Source: Anaerohalosphaeraceae bacterium | GTDB taxonomy: Bacteria > Planctomycetota > Phycisphaerae > Sedimentisphaerales > Anaerohalosphaeraceae | Direction: 5' to 3' | NCBI GenBank assembly: GCA_050309605.1 | Contig: JBNRMN010000026.1 | Location: 1 to 14,170 of the forward strand | Length of the DNA stretch: 14,170 nt | Shown here: in pieces, positions 12,282 to 14,170 of the stretch | Layout of the letters: the number at the start of each line of letters is the position of its first letter | Numbering within the stretch: position 1 is the stretch's first letter | The notes under the pieces: generated by a model | Told to the model about the DNA's origin: nothing | The model's database searches: none | The model's input: the letters and a program-made list of their open reading frames with translations, nothing else | Position numbers and translations under genes: made by a program

Positions 12282-12317
12282 GGTTCCGTGATCTTTCTCG
12301 CGGAACCTTTTTTTTTT
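12282..12317 (+). terminator. Intrinsic terminator after the lipoprotein gene
   Basis: Stem GGTTCCGTGA (12282-12291)/TCGCGGAACC (12298-12307) with one G-U pair and a 6-nt loop, followed by ten T. Confidence 0.92.
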
Positions 12318-12626
12318 CTCATTTGTCAATTCGCCCATTTTATGGGGCATCGCAAGCAAGCGTGTTATCGGTCGGTTTCTCAGAAAAACGCTATATTATT
12401 AAAAATAAGTGGCAACCACCCCCTCGGCATATACCGGATGACCTGAGCCGGACGCCGCGGCGGCGTCTTTGGAGATATCGGTTTTTCTATATGCAGCACT
12501 CGAAGATTATCGGAGACTTGCCGACCCTCTCTGCGCAGCAGGGCACTTGTTTTTCGTTCGTTCCGAAAACGCGCTCGGTCAACAGACGCCGGACACCAAA
12601 GGCGTAAAATATGTCACCCCTTCCAT

Positions 12627-12654
12627 TAAACCCATGCCGATCCCCTGTCGATAA
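12627..12654 (+). promoter_or_regulatory. Putative sigma-28 (FliA/SigD) promoter of the chemoreceptor gene
   Basis: TAAA (12627-12630), 16 nt, GTCGATAA (12647-12654) versus consensus TAAA-N15/16-GCCGATAA, 90 nt upstream of an MCP start. Confidence 0.7.
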
Positions 12655-12744
12655 GAATAGGCCTTAATGGAGCAGGCGTTGGATTCAGGAACAGACGTAT
12701 GAATCAAGACAATATGGTGTTGCTTCAGGAAAGGATCAGTGCGT

Positions 12745-14170
12745 ATGAGAAATGTAAGATTATCAGCAAAAATGGGAATCGGGTTCGGTGTGATGATTGC
12801 GATTGCTGCAATACTGAGCACGGTCAGTTGGTTGTTCCTTGGCCGTATCAACCGCACTGTCGCCCTGGCCGAAGACGCCGCCAAAGGCACCCTGCATTTT
12901 AACGACCTTCGCGTAGAGGAAAAAGATTTCCGGGCGTATGGGCTTGAAACGCGCCATGGAGAAACCAAAAACGCGATTGAAAGATGGGAGGAGCACAAAA
13001 CCGAACTTGAGGATCATTTGGCAGCACTTGAAATGGCGGCGGACATGCGCAATGAAGACAAGGTCGCCGTTCAGAATGCTCGACAAAGCCTGAAGGATTA
13101 CAGCACCGCTTTTTACTCGACAACCCAAGCACAACAGGCCAAAGACGATGCTTTTGCCAAGTGGGGAAAGATTGGATGGGACATTACTCGCAGTATCGCC
13201 GGCGCACGAGATGAGGTCATCGCACCGGCCTTACAGAAGGCCATTGAGAAACAGGATACCGACGTCTTTGAGCACTGGCTGCAACTTCAAGAATCCCTGA
13301 ATAACGATGTCGTCGAAAACTTTCTCGTACTGCGAGTTACGGCCGTCTATCTGATAGCAACCAACAAAGATAAACAATGGCAAGACTACCAAAAACAACT
13401 GCAAGCTGCTCAGCAAGGCGCCGCTCGGTGGGCACAGCAGGTGCGCGGAATTGCAGAACTTGAAAACGCCGCAGAGACGATTCGAGCCTCGCTGGAACAC
13501 TATAAAGAAGCCGGACAACAGTATTATCAGGCAGTTCTGACTGAACGTCAGGCTGATTCGACCATGACGGTCGAGGCTGCCAATTCAATGAAGATTCTCG
13601 AGGATCTTGCTGAAACGCTTGAAAATCGCAAGCAATCATTGGTTGCCTTTGCCAATACCTTTTCAGTAATCCTGACCGGTTGCGGCATCGTCCTGGGTGT
13701 TCTCTTGGCGGTCTATATCACACGCAGTATCGTAAAGCCGATCAATCAGATCATTGCCGGGCTGACCGAAGGGGCGCAGCAGGTGGCAGCGGCATCCGGA
13801 CAGGTCTCGGCGGCCTCGCAGTCGCTGGCCGAGGGGGCGACCGAACAGGCGGCAGGATTGGAGGAAACATCCTCGAGTCTTGAGGAAATGTCCTCCATGA
13901 CCAAACAGAACGCCGACAACGCCCAGCAGGCCAGTACGCTTGCGTCCGAGGCGCGCGGCGCGGCCAAAGGCGGCGCCGAGTCGATGCAGCGGATGAGCCG
14001 GGCGATCGACGACATCCAGAAGTCGTCCGACGAGACGGCCAAGATCATCAAGGTCATCGACGAGATCGCGTTCCAGACCAATCTGCTGGCACTGAACGCC
14101 GCCGTGGAAGCGGCCCGGGCCGGCGAGGCGGGCAAGGGCTTCGCCGTCGTGGCCGAGGAAGTGCGGAATC
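12745..14170 (+). CDS. Methyl-accepting chemotaxis protein, truncated by the window end (>475 aa; not in the ORF track)
   Basis: Hand translation from ATG 12745 (RBS GGAAAGGA): [33 protein letters not shown] (TM1), ~270-aa helical periplasmic region, TM2 ([21 protein letters not shown]), then [16 protein letters not shown] and [38 protein letters not shown], the MCP signalling hairpin. Confidence 0.96.
   Translation, partial: MRNVRLSAKMGIGFGVMIAIAAILSTVSWLFLGRINRTVALAEDAAKGTLHFNDLRVEEKDFRAYGLETRHGETKNAIERWEEHKTELEDHLAALEMAADMRNEDKVAVQNARQSLKDYSTAFYSTTQAQQAKDDAFAKWGKIGWDITRSIAGARDEVIAPALQKAIEKQDTDVFEHWLQLQESLNNDVVENFLVLRVTAVYLIATNKDKQWQDYQKQLQAAQQGAARWAQQVRGIAELENAAETIRASLEHYKEAGQQYYQAVLTERQADSTMTVEAANSMKILEDLAETLENRKQSLVAFANTFSVILTGCGIVLGVLLAVYITRSIVKPINQIIAGLTEGAQQVAAASGQVSAASQSLAEGATEQAAGLEETSSSLEEMSSMTKQNADNAQQASTLASEARGAAKGGAESMQRMSRAIDDIQKSSDETAKIIKVIDEIAFQTNLLALNAAVEAARAGEAGKGFAVVAEEVRN

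Noticed and set aside
12400..12620. c-di-GMP or ZTP riboswitch, or hammerhead ribozyme, upstream of the MCP
   Set aside because: Core motifs are absent: no GGCAAA...GCAAAG pair, no GACTGGCG before GTGG-CAA-CCAC, and CGGATGA rather than CTGATGA.
12323..13883. Short ORFs listed here (12323-12607, 12469-12654, 12699-12902, 13680-13883 and minus-strand ones)
   Set aside because: Off-frame or antisense to the MCP gene, or lacking an RBS and protein-like composition.

Overview
Bacterial chromosomal window with no mobile element, CRISPR array or RNA gene that I can recognise. Minus strand: a tripartite RND efflux operon (TolC/OprM-type outer-membrane lipoprotein, periplasmic adaptor, AcrB-type permease), then an Hsp20 gene with its own sigma-54-like promoter and intrinsic terminator. 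The outer-membrane gene carries one in-frame TAA at codon 405 of an otherwise intact 481-codon frame. Plus strand: RNase III (rnc), a secreted GH2 beta-galactosidase with a LamG domain inserted in its catalytic domain, a purely coiled-coil lipoprotein, and a methyl-accepting chemotaxis protein (12745 to the window end, absent from the ORF track) behind a sigma-28-like promoter. I see no clearly new multi-gene system. The best leads are a ~21-bp hairpin in the rnc leader (candidate autoregulatory RNase III site), the interrupted efflux channel, the sigma-54/enhancer layout at hsp20, palindromes within three promoters, and the orphan coiled-coil lipoprotein. All motif calls were made by eye; no database search was run.
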